64,000 bases of DNA from Octopus vulgaris (taxonomy: Eukaryota), in the NCBI GenBank assembly GCA_951406725.2, contig OX597817.1:5704001-5768000 (forward strand), read 5' to 3'. This document shows positions 27,362 through 40,030 of the stretch, piece after piece (position 1 is the first letter of the stretch; every line of letters starts with the position of its first letter). The notes beneath the pieces were generated by a model. That model ran no database searches. It was not told the origin of the DNA and saw only the letters and a program-made list of their open reading frames with translations. Made by a program: the position numbers and the translations under genes.

Positions 27362-27922
27362 GAGTGAGAGAGCAGTTCATGCCATCAAAGTGACACTGGG
27401 GTAAAATATACGAAGCCCAGTATACCCATCATGACTACCCGTCTGATAAGGGTACACCAGGCACATGCATCATAACCATATGTGCGCAACATGGTGATCT
27501 CATATCAAGATAAACAGCACATGACCTTGCAGGTGGGGCCCAGTTAGAATGTTCTTCTGGTCAAGTAACCCATCTCGCTCAAAAGGTCCCTGAATAAGGG
27601 TTGTTTAAGGATGTTGAACGAAGCACCCATGTTTCCGGGGGTGTATTATTCAACCCCCCCCCCCCAAAAAAAAAATTCCTTTCAACACACGGCTATGATG
27701 CTCCCCAACTACTTCTGCTCATGATCAGAGATGCACATATCGTCAGCCACTAAGGGACATGTTCAACTGCTTAAGGTCAAACAACTAACAAGCAAGTCTG
27801 TGGTATTGAGCAGAATATTTGCTGCAGGCCATTTCTTTATACCAAGACAAAACAATGTACATGATAACACTTCCAATCAGTTAAGATCAGAAGCCATGAG
27901 AGCCACTGCCTGGTAGTGCATC

Positions 27923-27923
<1 letters not shown>
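27362..27923 (-). mobile_element. ~565-bp non-coding retroposon inserted in (TAA)n, longest copy
   Basis: Same end (gagtgagagagcag...) as the copies at 441 and 43734. (ATT)n on both sides. Confidence 0.85.
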
Positions 27924-27954
<31 letters not shown>

Positions 27955-30757
27955 GTTTGGACAATTTCTATTTTGAACCATTAAATTAAACTCTTTAGTG
28001 AAATCATGTTGATTTCTCTTTTCGTAAAGACTTACTATAGTAAATAGCAAAGACACTGCCTCAGCATTATTGACAAGTCCCTCCATATGCAATTTTGGCC
28101 TGCTCAACAGATGTCGGCATGTGACACATGTAAACAAGATGCTACTAAAGAGAAACATTTATTTGCAAGACCCATCTCTCTCACCCCTATCTTTATCTTT
28201 TATTTCTCTTCATCTATGTTCTCTCTCTTTCTCTGCCATCCTTCCTCTTCTCTGGTTCACACAAACACCCCCACCCATACATAGTATTTGCCGTTGTATT
28301 TTTTCTCAATAATTAGATTTCATAGTTACCTATATAAAAACAGAAGTTAACCTCTCTCTCCTTCCTGCTTTCTCGCTCTCTCTAATCTAAACTACTCACT
28401 TCCAGCACACTCTCTTTTTTCTCTCTTATCCACTTCTATATCTTCTTCCATCTCTCTCCTCACTTGTCTTCCCCTTTTCCCCCCATTTTACCCCTTCACT
28501 TCCGTTTCCCATTTTATATTTTCCCTCGAGGATATAGATTTCACAGCTACACACGACCACAAGATCTCTCTCCCTCCCTCTCTCTCTCTCTCTCTCCCTC
28601 TCCCACCAACACTATTTTTTCAACTTCAGTTTTAGTCCAAAACAATCTTCAAAGTGAAACTAAATATATTTTCATACACATGCTTGCTTGCTAAATTAAT
28701 CTTCTCACTGCATGCCTATTTCTAAATTTACTAAATTGAGATTTTGGTTTTGTAAACATGATTTTCTGAGCTCTGGAAATTTTGATTCTGAATGGCTTAA
28801 AAATTTTTACGCATTGGATTAATATTCACCTGTCTTCAACGCCAGTTTTCTTGTTAACCGCATCAAGTTAGAACTTTATTTATTATTTTCCATGCTTATG
28901 GCATCCCTGGGTAATTTTCCTCTCTCATTATTCATATACAATCATAGTTAGTGCTGTATGCTATATGATGATTTTTTTTCTTTTTATTTACCTTCCTTTG
29001 GTTGTCAACTATCGTTGGACTCGTAAGAACACTGGCATAACTTAAGAGTTACCGTGAGCCTTATAAACCTGGTACAGAACTTCCTTCTCCAGTTATGAAT
29101 ATAACCGATTTTTTTAGAGAAAAAAAATAAATAAAAGAAGAATATTTTCCGCGTGCTGGACCGTTACTGTATCGATGCCGAAAAGATAAAAGTCAAACGT
29201 AATCACTGCGATATTTAGACTCAGATTACAGAGAAACAGAAGAATTCCGCAATACTTTCTTTCTGGCGCTCTGACAAGTCTTTCAGTGATGTATAATGAA
29301 CTGTGCTGCCATTTCGTCAAGGCAATGACCTATTATATATACAGCATAATGTTTCCAAAGTGGTTACGTTTAAGCTACAAAACACATTATTCGACTACTG
29401 AATCTGAGGAGAATTTAGAGAAATTTTGTAATTCTTATCGTTCATAAACGACTGATTCAGTGTTAGAATGTTGGCTTAAACGTACAAATATCCAATGATT
29501 TATCAGTGAGATATTTTATGTATTGGATGTTGTTACTTAGCGTCGAGTCAGCGCTGATTAAGCATTCTTTGATTAAGAATATTCTGATCGTCACCATAGA
29601 ACCATTTGGTAGAACGCCCTTAACAGGTTACTTTAACCAATGTGTATTTTACTTTCCCAGGACAATGGAGTGTGTTTTCTAGAGAAATTTAGCCGTCATA
29701 TATTTACTCGTTGAGTGACTACGGAGGGGCTTCCTCGTTGTTGTACTGATGGCTAAATAATTATCGTAATGTTACTATTGTAAATACATTGTAATCTTGA
29801 TATATGTTGCTTTACTAGATATAGAGTTTCAAGCAGTCCGTGTAATTATCTTTAATTTAGAAGATTTTCCGTATGGAGTATATTCTTGAGTATTTGTATA
29901 CACACAAGACACTTTTTTTCCAGAGGCCATGGTTCATGATGGCAAATGGTAAACTTTATATGATTTCGAAATAAGGCCTTTCAGTTTAATTGAAATGTCG
30001 TTATTGAAAAATGCCAAATGGGGTTTGGGTTTATTAAAGCTGAAATACTGAATGAATTCCTTTCCCTATTCAGCATTGTGATAAGTTTATTTAGGTCTTC
30101 GATGTTCAGATTTCATATGGGAATGCTCTGTTACATTTGGTACTCCATCCATGATATTGTGATCTCAGAATCCAATTGCGAGTAGAACTTGTTAACCTTG
30201 TTAAGCTTTATATCTGCAAGGAGGGAGATTCTCAGCGAGAAAGAGAGAGAGAGGTCAGTGGATTAGTTTTTGTAGAGCCATTTTCATTTTAAACTTACAT
30301 CGCGCAGATAAGAAGAAAGTCAAATTCATTGTCGATTCGTAAGTTTGGGACTCAGCGATGATGGAAACAGTCATGTGAATATATCGAAATTGACTGACAA
30401 GGTGCTCAGTTAATAAAGTTTTAGAAATATGATATAATATGGAGCCATAATTTATCATCAAACCTTAATAAGGGAAGTCCATGTTTTCAATATCTTATGA
30501 TTTTTTTTTCCAGAAACAGATTACCGATATGACTTTAACCAGAAATCGGGAACCTCAACTTTCTAAATATTGTATTTTGACTTAAATATGAGGTCACGAA
30601 ATTATGGAGGAAGAATTCAATAAATAACAGCCCTCATTTTTTTATTGATTATCTTTAATAGGTTTGCTGGCTATTTGCATCATCAGTGCTTGAAAAACAC
30701 TGTAACTTGATATTTCTGTGACAGTGACGTTCGGCTGTTACGCCACTACTAGAGGTC

Positions 30758-30801
30758 TGCCACTGAGGAGACTAAACAGCTCGAAATCCTGTGATCTAGC
30801 A
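30758..30801 (+). ncRNA. Minimal type I hammerhead ribozyme
   Basis: CUGAGGA core (30763-69), stem II GACU/AG(C)UC, GAAA (30783-86), stem III AUC/GAU, AUC cleavage triplet (30794-96), stem I UGCCA/UAGCA with one mismatch. Confidence 0.65.
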
Positions 30802-31929
30802 ATTCCGGCGGCCATAGCAGATGAGTATCGTCTGCTAACGATATGAGTACTTTCATGCACCATGCTTCCATATGAGAAGTCCTCTCAAGCTAAATAACGC
30901 AGTATCCAGTGTTCTTACAAAACATCCGCCTTAAGTTGGACTTAAAGATTATCTTTTGGTATTAATACTGTTTCTGTCGCAGTTAATTATTTTTTATATT
31001 ATTTAATCTAAGCTGCTTGGCAAAAATATCTGAACAAAAATGTCACATATATATATATATGAGCGTGCATGTATGTGTGTGTGCACACAGACACGCACGT
31101 ACACACATACATACACTGAGGAATAACATGATCCCAGTGTAGTTTCACATTGTCAGTTTGAAGCAGTAAAAGATTAGAAAAGTAAAAGTATATTAGATTT
31201 CATTTGGGATTGAAATAGCTACCTCTCCATCGCATTATCTTCAGATTCTGTCAAAACTGAATTAATAACTACGAGTTCCAACTGTAATTGGTGACAATAA
31301 AGCCTCCAACTCTTCGTTGGTACGAAACTATAGTGATCCGCTATGCCACGCAATACCAACATAAATTCAGAATATCAGATTTGGTTGGCATAGTTAAACA
31401 TACTTCAGTTATGCTACGAGGAAAATTTCTGAGCTGAAATATCAATCTAAATGAAAAAAAGGAGGAGCGAAGCAATTAAATTATTACAAAATGGACTCTG
31501 ATGCGAATTTAACTCTTACTGGGGTCAGTCAATTATTAGTTAACGATGTAACTAAAATAACTAAAATGCACTGCTCTCTTCCGTTTCGAAGTAAAAACTC
31601 GTTTATAAAATTTTGTTCTAGTTCAGCCTGTGGTATAATGAACTTAAACATATTCGCAAATAAATGAGGGACTGACGGTAATTAAAGAAACCCCACACAC
31701 TCACGCTTGCACACACAAACACGCACAATCATACTTCCTGTTTTAAACTCGATAATGTTAAACAAGAACGCCATATCTCCCTCACTCCGAACTTCTCGTT
31801 ATTTTTCTACGTTCATTTTCTCTCTTACAGTTTTCTGTTAATCGTTTTCTTTTTTTATATTTTCGTCTACTTTCTCTTTTAAGCGCCAATATTTTATCTT
31901 TCTTTCCCCCAAATATACTTGGCTTTCTC

Positions 31930-31961
<32 letters not shown>

Positions 31962-31995
31962 TGCATTACTGCTCGTCATTATTTTGCTTTCATAA

Positions 31996-32210
31996 GGCGG
32001 TGAGCTTGGCAGAATTGTTAGTACGTCGGGCAAAATACTTAGCGGTATTTCGTCCGTGTGAACATTCTGGGTTCAAATTCCGCCGAGGTCGACTTTGCTT
32101 TTCATCCTGCGGGGTCGATAAATTAAGTACCAGTGAAACATTGGGGTCGATGTAACCTCTAGTCCCCCATCCCAAAATTTCAGGCGTTGTGCCTTTAGTA
32201 GAAAGGATAA
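31996..32210 (+). mobile_element. Full-length SINE family A (ccttgtgcc-type tail)
   Basis: tRNA head, B-box, core and tail. Confidence 0.85.
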
Positions 32211-33052
32211 ATTTGCTTTCACTTTCTGTCTTCGTCGCTTTGTTGGTCTTTTTCTTTCTCACTGTTTTCTTTCTGTCAGATTTTCATTCGCTTTTTCTGA
32301 CTTCTGTCTGGTTCCTCTCTCTCCCCATCTCTCTCTCTCTTTCTTTCTCTCTCTATCTCCTCTGTCTGACTTTCAAGTTCTCTCTCCCTTACCCCGGAAA
32401 TACCAGAGACAACCGTTTGCTATCAGATTATCACTCCTTGTTGTAATCTTCACTTTTCTCTCCTTCCACCCATCTTCCACTTTCCACAGAAAAAAAACCA
32501 AAAAAACAAAGACCACCACTTTCATACATATATAGTGTAACCATCACCACTACCTTACCATTCTTAGCGCACCGCTGCCATCATCATCATCATCCCAGCC
32601 ACTACCACCGCCGCTATCGTCACTTCTATCACTACCGCCTTCAACACTACCACCACTGCCATCACTCCACACATACATAGCTACCACCAACACCACGATA
32701 GTGACCACAAAATCTCCAAACGTGCCCAGCCCCCTCAATAGTCGTAACCGCAACTATCAATCACCGTAATCACCATCATCATTATCATCTTAACTGCCAC
32801 CGTTTTAACCATTATTCGAAATACTATACTCATGCAATCGGTTCTACAACCAAAGCCACTATATCAAAAGCCACATGTTCAAAAGCCACATGTTCACAAC
32901 AACCGCAGCTGGGAACCAGCGCTGCCAATGACCACAAAACAACTCCATTCATAAATCTCTTTTCTTATCTTCCTCATATTTCTTCGCATTTCATACAATT
33001 TTTTTTATTACGTTTAATTTCATTTTGTGAGCAAAATTATGATTTAAATATA

Positions 33053-33410
33053 GGCGCAAGCGTGGATGTGTGGTAAGAAGTCTGCTTCTAAACCACATGA
33101 TTACGGATTCAATCCCACTGTGTGGTACCATGGGCTAGTGTTTTCTACTACAGCCTCTGACTGACCAAAGCTTTGTGAGCGAGTTTGGCAGATGGTAGAT
33201 GAAGACGGCCTTGTGTGTGTGTATGTGTCCCTGCCATAATCGGTGTTGGTGTAATTGGCGATTTTGGAAGGGAGTCCGATGAAATAAGTGCCGGACTTAA
33301 CAAAAAATATAGGTACTGGGGGTCGATTCGTTCGACTAAAATTCTACAAGGCGGTGCCCCAGCATAGCCGGAGTCTAATGACTGAATCAAGAAAAAGATA
33401 AAAGAAAAAG
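33053..33410 (+). mobile_element. SINE family B
   Basis: tRNA-like head gcgcaagcgtggatgtgtggtaag...ggattcaatcccactg; tail ggcggtgccccagcatagcc...gactgaatcaag. Confidence 0.85.
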
Positions 33411-33414
33411 ACCT

Positions 33415-33690
33415 AATGTTTCAGTCGTAAATGTAGTCGAACAAATTAACTGCAGTACTTGTTTTTTAAGCCTGGTATTTTTCTGTCGATGTTTTTCCCG
33501 GACTGCTGAGTTACGGTGGCGTAAGGGCATCAACACCAGTTATCAAGTGCTGTGGAGGGACATATACGGACACACATATATACATATATATGCATATGTA
33601 GGACAGGCGTCCATACCGTTTACGTCTCCTAGATTCACTCACAGTTGTAGTAGAAAACTGCCAGGCTAGAGAGTGAACTCGGAAACACAT
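33415..33690 (-). mobile_element. Degenerate SINE family B, tail-to-tail with the previous copy
   Basis: Diverged reverse-complement match to the family B body. Confidence 0.55.
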
Positions 33691-33947
33691 GTTTTGAATG
33701 CCAGAAAAGTATCTAATACCTTAGTTGCGTTTTTGTACTTTTTATTGGCTGATCTAGTAGCTTATTACTCTGGAATTTACCCAGCGTTGAGTTTGTCCTT
33801 CCTAAGGAACCGACAATACATCGAGCAATCTTTAGAACTGGAGACTGGATCTGCATAAATAAACCAATATATATTCTCTCTCACACATACATACACACAT
33901 ACATCCAAAAACACATATACCCACAATCATTTACAAGCACGTACTTA

Positions 33948-34286
33948 TTTATATATATAAAACTGAAGTTGTGTGATGTCTGTCTCCTCCGATTTAGATT
34001 CCTAACAACTCCCACATTTTGCGGTGCAGTTTAACCAAAAGCGGGTATCTTATAGTCGTGATTCATATCGAGCCCTTCTGGGTATTAGCGCGCAGCTACG
34101 ATGAGTCTACGATTTAAAAAAAAAATTACCATCATTTTTTTTCCATTTTTAATGCATTTTTTTTGCTATTATATAAAGGAAGTAACTCTCTAAAAATGTC
34201 TACGATGAGTCTATGATTTAAAAAAAAATTTACCATCAATAGTTATTCCCCTTACAAACCCGAGCAACGCCGGTCGATACTGCTAG
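33948..34286 (+). mobile_element. Non-autonomous Helitron
   Basis: Internal sequence shared with the 20324 copy, ends cccgagcaacgccggtcgatactgCTAG|T, and carries an internal duplication of tacgatgagtcta(c/t)gatttaaaaaaaaa. Confidence 0.85.
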
Positions 34287-34880
34287 TTGATTATATAAAT
34301 ATACTTGTAGTTTGTGATTACGCTAGTTATATAAAAGATCATTGACTTTAATCATGCATGATTATATTATATTTTCCCTTCTCTGTAGGTCCTCTATATA
34401 ACTAAGTGCCTAATCACATATCACAACTTGTGATTCGTGATTAGGCTATTTATATAGAGGTGGAACGATTTTTTTTTATTCCTCACCGATTTTGATTAAT
34501 CCTGGTAACACCATATTTATTAGCTTTAAAACTGCATAAGAGACCCAAGAGTGTAAAGCTTCGTATAGCACATAAGCAGCCTCACAACGAATAAATACAC
34601 ATGTCCTACTTCACGTATTAATTTCTATTTCTCCCGTTTGTAGTACAAAACCTTGTTTACGCGCGCGTGAGAGAGAGAGAGATAGAAACAGATAGACAGA
34701 CAGAGATTAGTATTGCCACTTAGACTAGGGGCCTGGTTGAAATGTTTGCAGCAGACCGAACTTTCCTAGAAATTCTCAAGGAAAAGACGAGGAGTTAAAC
34801 CGGGTGACCAGTTAGTTCTATGTCGTAGGATATCATTAAGCTAACGTTTTTAACTAGGATCGGAGAGTGAAATGCATCCT

Positions 34881-35577
34881 TTATCTTGAGTAAGTACAAT
34901 TAATGCTCTCCTCCTCTTCGCACGTAAAGTGCATCTCTATCTTAAATCGACGTCACATCGCTCGTAGACGTCGACTCCACAGTGAAAGTAAAATTCCCTC
35001 CAGGTCAGGCAAGATGACATTGCGCGTGCCAACACTGACTCTGTGCGCAATAGTGTGTCCCGCATAATGTGGCAGTACGTGTCCCGCATAAGATGACATA
35101 CATAAGTCTTGCAGGCCTGACTATCAGGCTTAAACATCTCCACTGGATTTACATCTAAGGCACATAAATATTTCTTTATCATTATTATAAACTTATATAA
35201 ATGTTGATGCAGCCAGCGAATGTAAATTTTGATTGAAGATTAAACCTTTGATTTATTCAGATTACGTGTTGCAAGCACAACTTGGAGGCATATATATAAA
35301 AGAATCCCAAATGAGAGAATTTAGTTGAGACCAAACGCACATCTCTTGCTTGGTGGCACTGTGTACTGAAACTATGCTCCAGATACTTAAGTATTATAGC
35401 CTAATCTTTTTGTATTACTCGAGATCCTAATTTAGTTATCTTGAGTAAGTACAATTAATGCTCACCTTCTCTTCGCACGTAAAGTACATCTCTGTCTTAA
35501 ATCTACGTCACAATATTCGTGGACGTCGACTCCAACGTGAAAGTAAAATTCCTTCCAGGTTATGCGAGATGGACATT
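34881..35577. repeat. Pair of ~140-bp diverged direct repeats (34881-35021, 35436-35577)
   Basis: Both begin ttatcttgagtaagtacaattaatgctc and align through ...gacgtcgactcc...gtgaaagtaaaattcc.tccaggt...gacatt. Confidence 0.85.
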
Positions 35578-36519
35578 GGTTAATTAAGAAAACAAGCTGA
35601 GCACCAATCAGCGTAGTGGTATATTTTTCTTATGGGTTACTTTTGGACGCGCTTATTCTTTTATATAAAGCAGCGTGCCAGTTCGAGTAATTCTCTTCAC
35701 ATGGGTTTTGTAGGAAGCGTAGTTGATTAAATTGATTCTAATACCTCATTGTCATAATGCTGGTCATCTACTGACAACATCTTGCAATTTGCCTGAGGCA
35801 CAATGATAGACGACCTACACATATCGCTTCATCCTTAATGTCCTATGTTCATGAACAATTACGGCACCAATGTCCTTTGTCAGACTTGACCGTAGTTTTG
35901 AAAGGAGGCCCACACTTAATCTTCCTTTGATTTTGTTTCTTTGTATTATTCACTTACTTAATTTATCGATGTTAAAAAGTAACATAGGTGGCTGTTGATC
36001 TTACTAGGAATTTAACACTGAACGTAAAAAGCCCATAGTAAATACCACTTGGCATTTTGTCCGATGTTCTGTTGATCTATCAGTGTACCATCATCTTTTA
36101 CTGGTAAGCTCAGCAAGTTTTGTGTTGTATGTCATATTGAACCACAGTCTATGTTTCTTATTTAGTATTGGTCCCAGTAAAATTCGACCTCGGTAAGTAT
36201 AGGGAGGCAACTAAATTCCACAAAGTATTTTCACAGTGCCCCCCCACCCCCACCCCACCCCAGTTCTACAGTTATACTGCAGCTACAAACATACTTAAAG
36301 AAATGGGTATGGAAATTTCGTACCGCCCCTGTCGTCATGAATAGATAAGTGCTATTTTGGGTAATATCATGAACTCCATAAAACCATCAACATTTTCAGG
36401 CTCTTATAGGTTTCATCAATGGTCGTCACCGACTCCGTTTTTCACGCCACCAACACCATCAATTTTGTTGCAGCCCAGCATCCCAAGCTTCGTTTTTATA
36501 ACCAACTACAAACTACAGT

Positions 36520-37170
36520 TCACAGGCTTATCATCGTCGTCATCATTACCATCACTATCATCATCAACATTCTCCTCCTCATCTCCATCACCATCACCAT
36601 CGACAATATTTTCTCCAACCAACTTTGAGCGGTTTCCACTTTTACCATCGCAAATACCACTGCTAGCTTGAATATATCAGTTATCATTCTTAACATCAGC
36701 AGAATTCTTCACACATGCGACAACATCTTTACTACGGTCATCAGCCGTCGTCGTCGTCATCATCATCATCATCATACTCAATCACAACAGCAACAACAAC
36801 TCGTGTCTCTTCTATTCTCTCCACCCTCGCTGGCACAATTACCCATATTTATTACTAGAAAAGCAACAAATACTACCACAACACCATGAATGCCAGTACT
36901 ACCACCACCACCACCACTACTACTACTACTACGTTTTGGGTTTTCAGTGGAACGGCGTTTTTCGCCGTTGTAACCGTATTCCGAGTGAAAGGCAAATTGC
37001 TTCTCAACCAGTTTTTCTCAAGGCAATGTTCTCATGGCCAAGTTCTTCCTCAGAAGTTTCAAATTCCTTCAGTTGAAACCATTTCTGTCATTTAAACTCA
37101 AAATTGCTGCATTGAACTTCAACTGGAGCAACAACAACAACTACTACTACTACTACTACTACTGCTGCTG

Positions 37171-37212
<42 letters not shown>

Positions 37213-37370
37213 GAACCAGTTAACCACACATTACTCTTACGGCTCTGCTGCGTTGCGACCGGCAACATCAACACTGTTATCATATCACCACCGCCACTAG
37301 CGCCACCACCACCACATCAACAACAACATCACCGTCACGATAATTACCTCTACTACTACTACTACTGCTA
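36520..37370. repeat. Cluster of trinucleotide repeats (CAT, CAC, CAA, TAC)
   Basis: Direct reading. Confidence 0.85.
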
Positions 37371-38186
37371 TAATTCATGGCAGCTGTTATATTTACTTCC
37401 TGATTCTCTCGCAGGCACTTATATTCCGTGTGTATGCGTGTGAGCGTACGTGCGTGTGCGTGCGTTCAAGTGTATGTGCGTCAGTGTGTGTGTATGTGCG
37501 TCAGTGTGTGTGTGTGTGCGTATGTTTGTATTTCATTTGAAGGCATATGGCGGAGTTCTCTACAACCTTCTTCTGCCAGAAGCATTATTTATACAAACAA
37601 TAACGATGTCTATATTTTAGTGTGTGTGTGTGTGTGTTTTGTTCTTATGCTTAAATGATTAGGTTAACTTCTGTAGGAAGTCTAGTCTCTTGAATCACCT
37701 CTATTCCGCACACGTGTGTATGTATGTGTGCCTGTGTGTATGTATGTGTGCCTGTGTGTGTGTGTGTGTGTTATTGTAATTAGGTGTCTGTGGATCTGTC
37801 TGTGCTACCACAAATTGAGTCTGTCTGTGCTACCACAAATTCAAGCTTATAGATATCTAGAAATTGGCGTTTATGATATCTAACTTCATCCAATAGATGC
37901 CTGTGTAAGCGTGTACGCGTGAGGGTTTGGCAGATTACAGATGTCTCCTCGATCAGATTTGGCCCGGAGCTAACAAATTTATTGTCAGTACAAACTTTCA
38001 GCTATTATTATGTGAAAGAAAAACTACTCGATGCTTCCTTAATGGAAATCAAAGATTACGTCTGAATGTCGTAAATGGTACTGGTCCCCTTAAGACTGCA
38101 AGCACACCATCATGAGTCGCAGTTAACTGTTAGTACTTAATATATGAACCAGGATATCTATTCCGGTTTAGATATGTGCATAGCTT

Positions 38187-38481
38187 GTTTGTTTTGTTTG
38201 TTCCTTGTCGAGCCATGCCTGGCCCATAAGGACCGGTTTCTCGGTTTCCTTGGCGTATAGGTTCTCCACCTGGACCGGACACCGGTCCGTTGCAGGTGAG
38301 CTGCAAGATGCAGGTTGAAAGAGAGAGAAGGTTGTGGCGAAAGAGCCAGCAGAAGTTCGCCATTACCTTCTGCCGGAGACGCGTGGAGCTTAGGTGTTTC
38401 GGTCATAAACACACACATCGCCCGGTCTGAGATTCGAACCCGCGAGTCCGCTGCTCTAACCACTAGGCCATGTGGCTCCAC
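38187..38481 (-). mobile_element. tRNA-derived SINE family C with 13-bp TSD
   Basis: Head gtggagccacatggcctagtggttagagc...gggttcgaatc, (AAAC)n tail, TSD atgtgcatagctt at 38174-38186 and 38482-38494. Confidence 0.9.
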
Positions 38482-38929
38482 ATGTGCATAGCTTAGAATG
38501 TGTTGTTTGTTTTGTTTTGTTTTTAATTTATTAATTTCGAACATATTTGCACCAATCGCAGCAGCCAAATCACTCTCAAATACTGCATTATTTTACATCC
38601 TGATTAAAATTCTTCCCAGTTCCATTTTACATCTGGGATTGAAAACGTAAGATCAACCAACTGCTAGGGTTTGTTTCATTGACCGTACTCCACATCTTAT
38701 GGTGATAGGGATTAGTTCTTGTTTTTGGTGAATGTGGATGATGTTGAATATTTCGTAGATGCGCCATGTTTGACTAAAAAAATGCGTGTGGTTAGTGTAG
38801 GGCGCTTGTGTGCACAGTTCTGCTCGATTAAGACTGCCTTATTCGCATCGGTGCGACTAAGCAACAACAATGTACTATATAATATATATCATTTCAAAAG
38901 TGAAATTAACCCCTTTCAGTGTTCTCTTC

Positions 38930-39131
38930 ACTGGGAATCCAGCTAGGTTGACGGCTCTTGTTAGCCGACCAAATACTACTTGGTCGCTGCAGGAGGTGGG
39001 GTATCTCGAGGCGATGGGGACTAACTGGGACCTCTTCTGGACGGGTCGCCCAGGTGGACCCGGGAATATACTGACAAATGGTGAATGCAGCCAAGGGATG
39101 CAACGGCGCAAACACCCACAATTGACCTGAC
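38930..39131 (+). mobile_element. Probable RTE/RTE-X LINE 3' remnant
   Basis: GC-rich. GC..RP..TW.LQEVGYL-like and MVNAAKGC-like reads, ending tgacctgac. Confidence 0.4.
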
Positions 39132-39659
39132 TTCTAATATTTCATTTTCAGTGAAAGAGAGATAGAGAGAGTAGTTGTAGTAGTGGTAGTAGCAGTAGTT
39201 ATTAGATTATATGTAAATAATAGTTATGAAGAAACTGTAGATATTGTGGTTTATAGATTATACACATAATAAACACAAAATATTCGCCGTTGTCGTAGTT
39301 CATTAACAAAATGAAACAATGGATCGAGTTTGACAAGAAGATAATTTAGTTGTGGAAATATAAATATGTCTTCTTGATAATTATATTGATAATTCATAAG
39401 CATCTAGGTCACCTCAAATGAAGATAATATATCTTTATAATGATTTTTCCCAGACAATGTGTCATATATATTGTTTTATACTTATTTGAATTTTCCTTCC
39501 GTTTATTTACGATTCGAGTATCCTAATTGTTCATATCCTTCAGCCAATTAGCAAACTACAAAAAAAATTGTACTAGAAACAATGATAAATAAACCGAATA
39601 TGATGTGATATAAAATGACACAAACGAAGTGTTAAAAATAGTTCACTCAAAGAACTTCT

Positions 39660-40030
39660 TAAGCTCTGTAGTGGAACAACCACCCGGTTTCTGGTTCAGT
39701 TCAACTAATAATCACTTTGGGGACGCGTCTTCTCCTATAGCTCCTGAGCGACTAACGTATTGTGAGTGAATTCCGTTGACGGAAATTCTGCGGAATTCCG
39801 TCGAATGTGTGTATTTTGTATGTGTGGATATCTTTGTGATTTTCCCCTCATTAATTGACAAGTTTGGTTTGTTTACGTACCCGTACTATTAGCGGTTTGG
39901 TGAATCAGTCCAATATAATAAGTAACAAACTGAGCAAAAACAAATAAAATAAAGAAAAGTACTGATGTCGATTTCGACTAGAAGTTTCAAAGTAGTGCCG
40001 CAGCATGACAAAAATGAAACAGAAGTAAAA
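39660..40030 (+). mobile_element. Degenerate SINE family B
   Basis: ggttcagtt...tcttctcctatagc...gtttacgtacccgtactattagcggtt match family B. Confidence 0.6.

Noticed and set aside
36357-37300. Overlapping Ser/Thr/His/Tyr-rich ORFs
   Set aside because: Driven by trinucleotide repeats; no consistent frame or splice structure.
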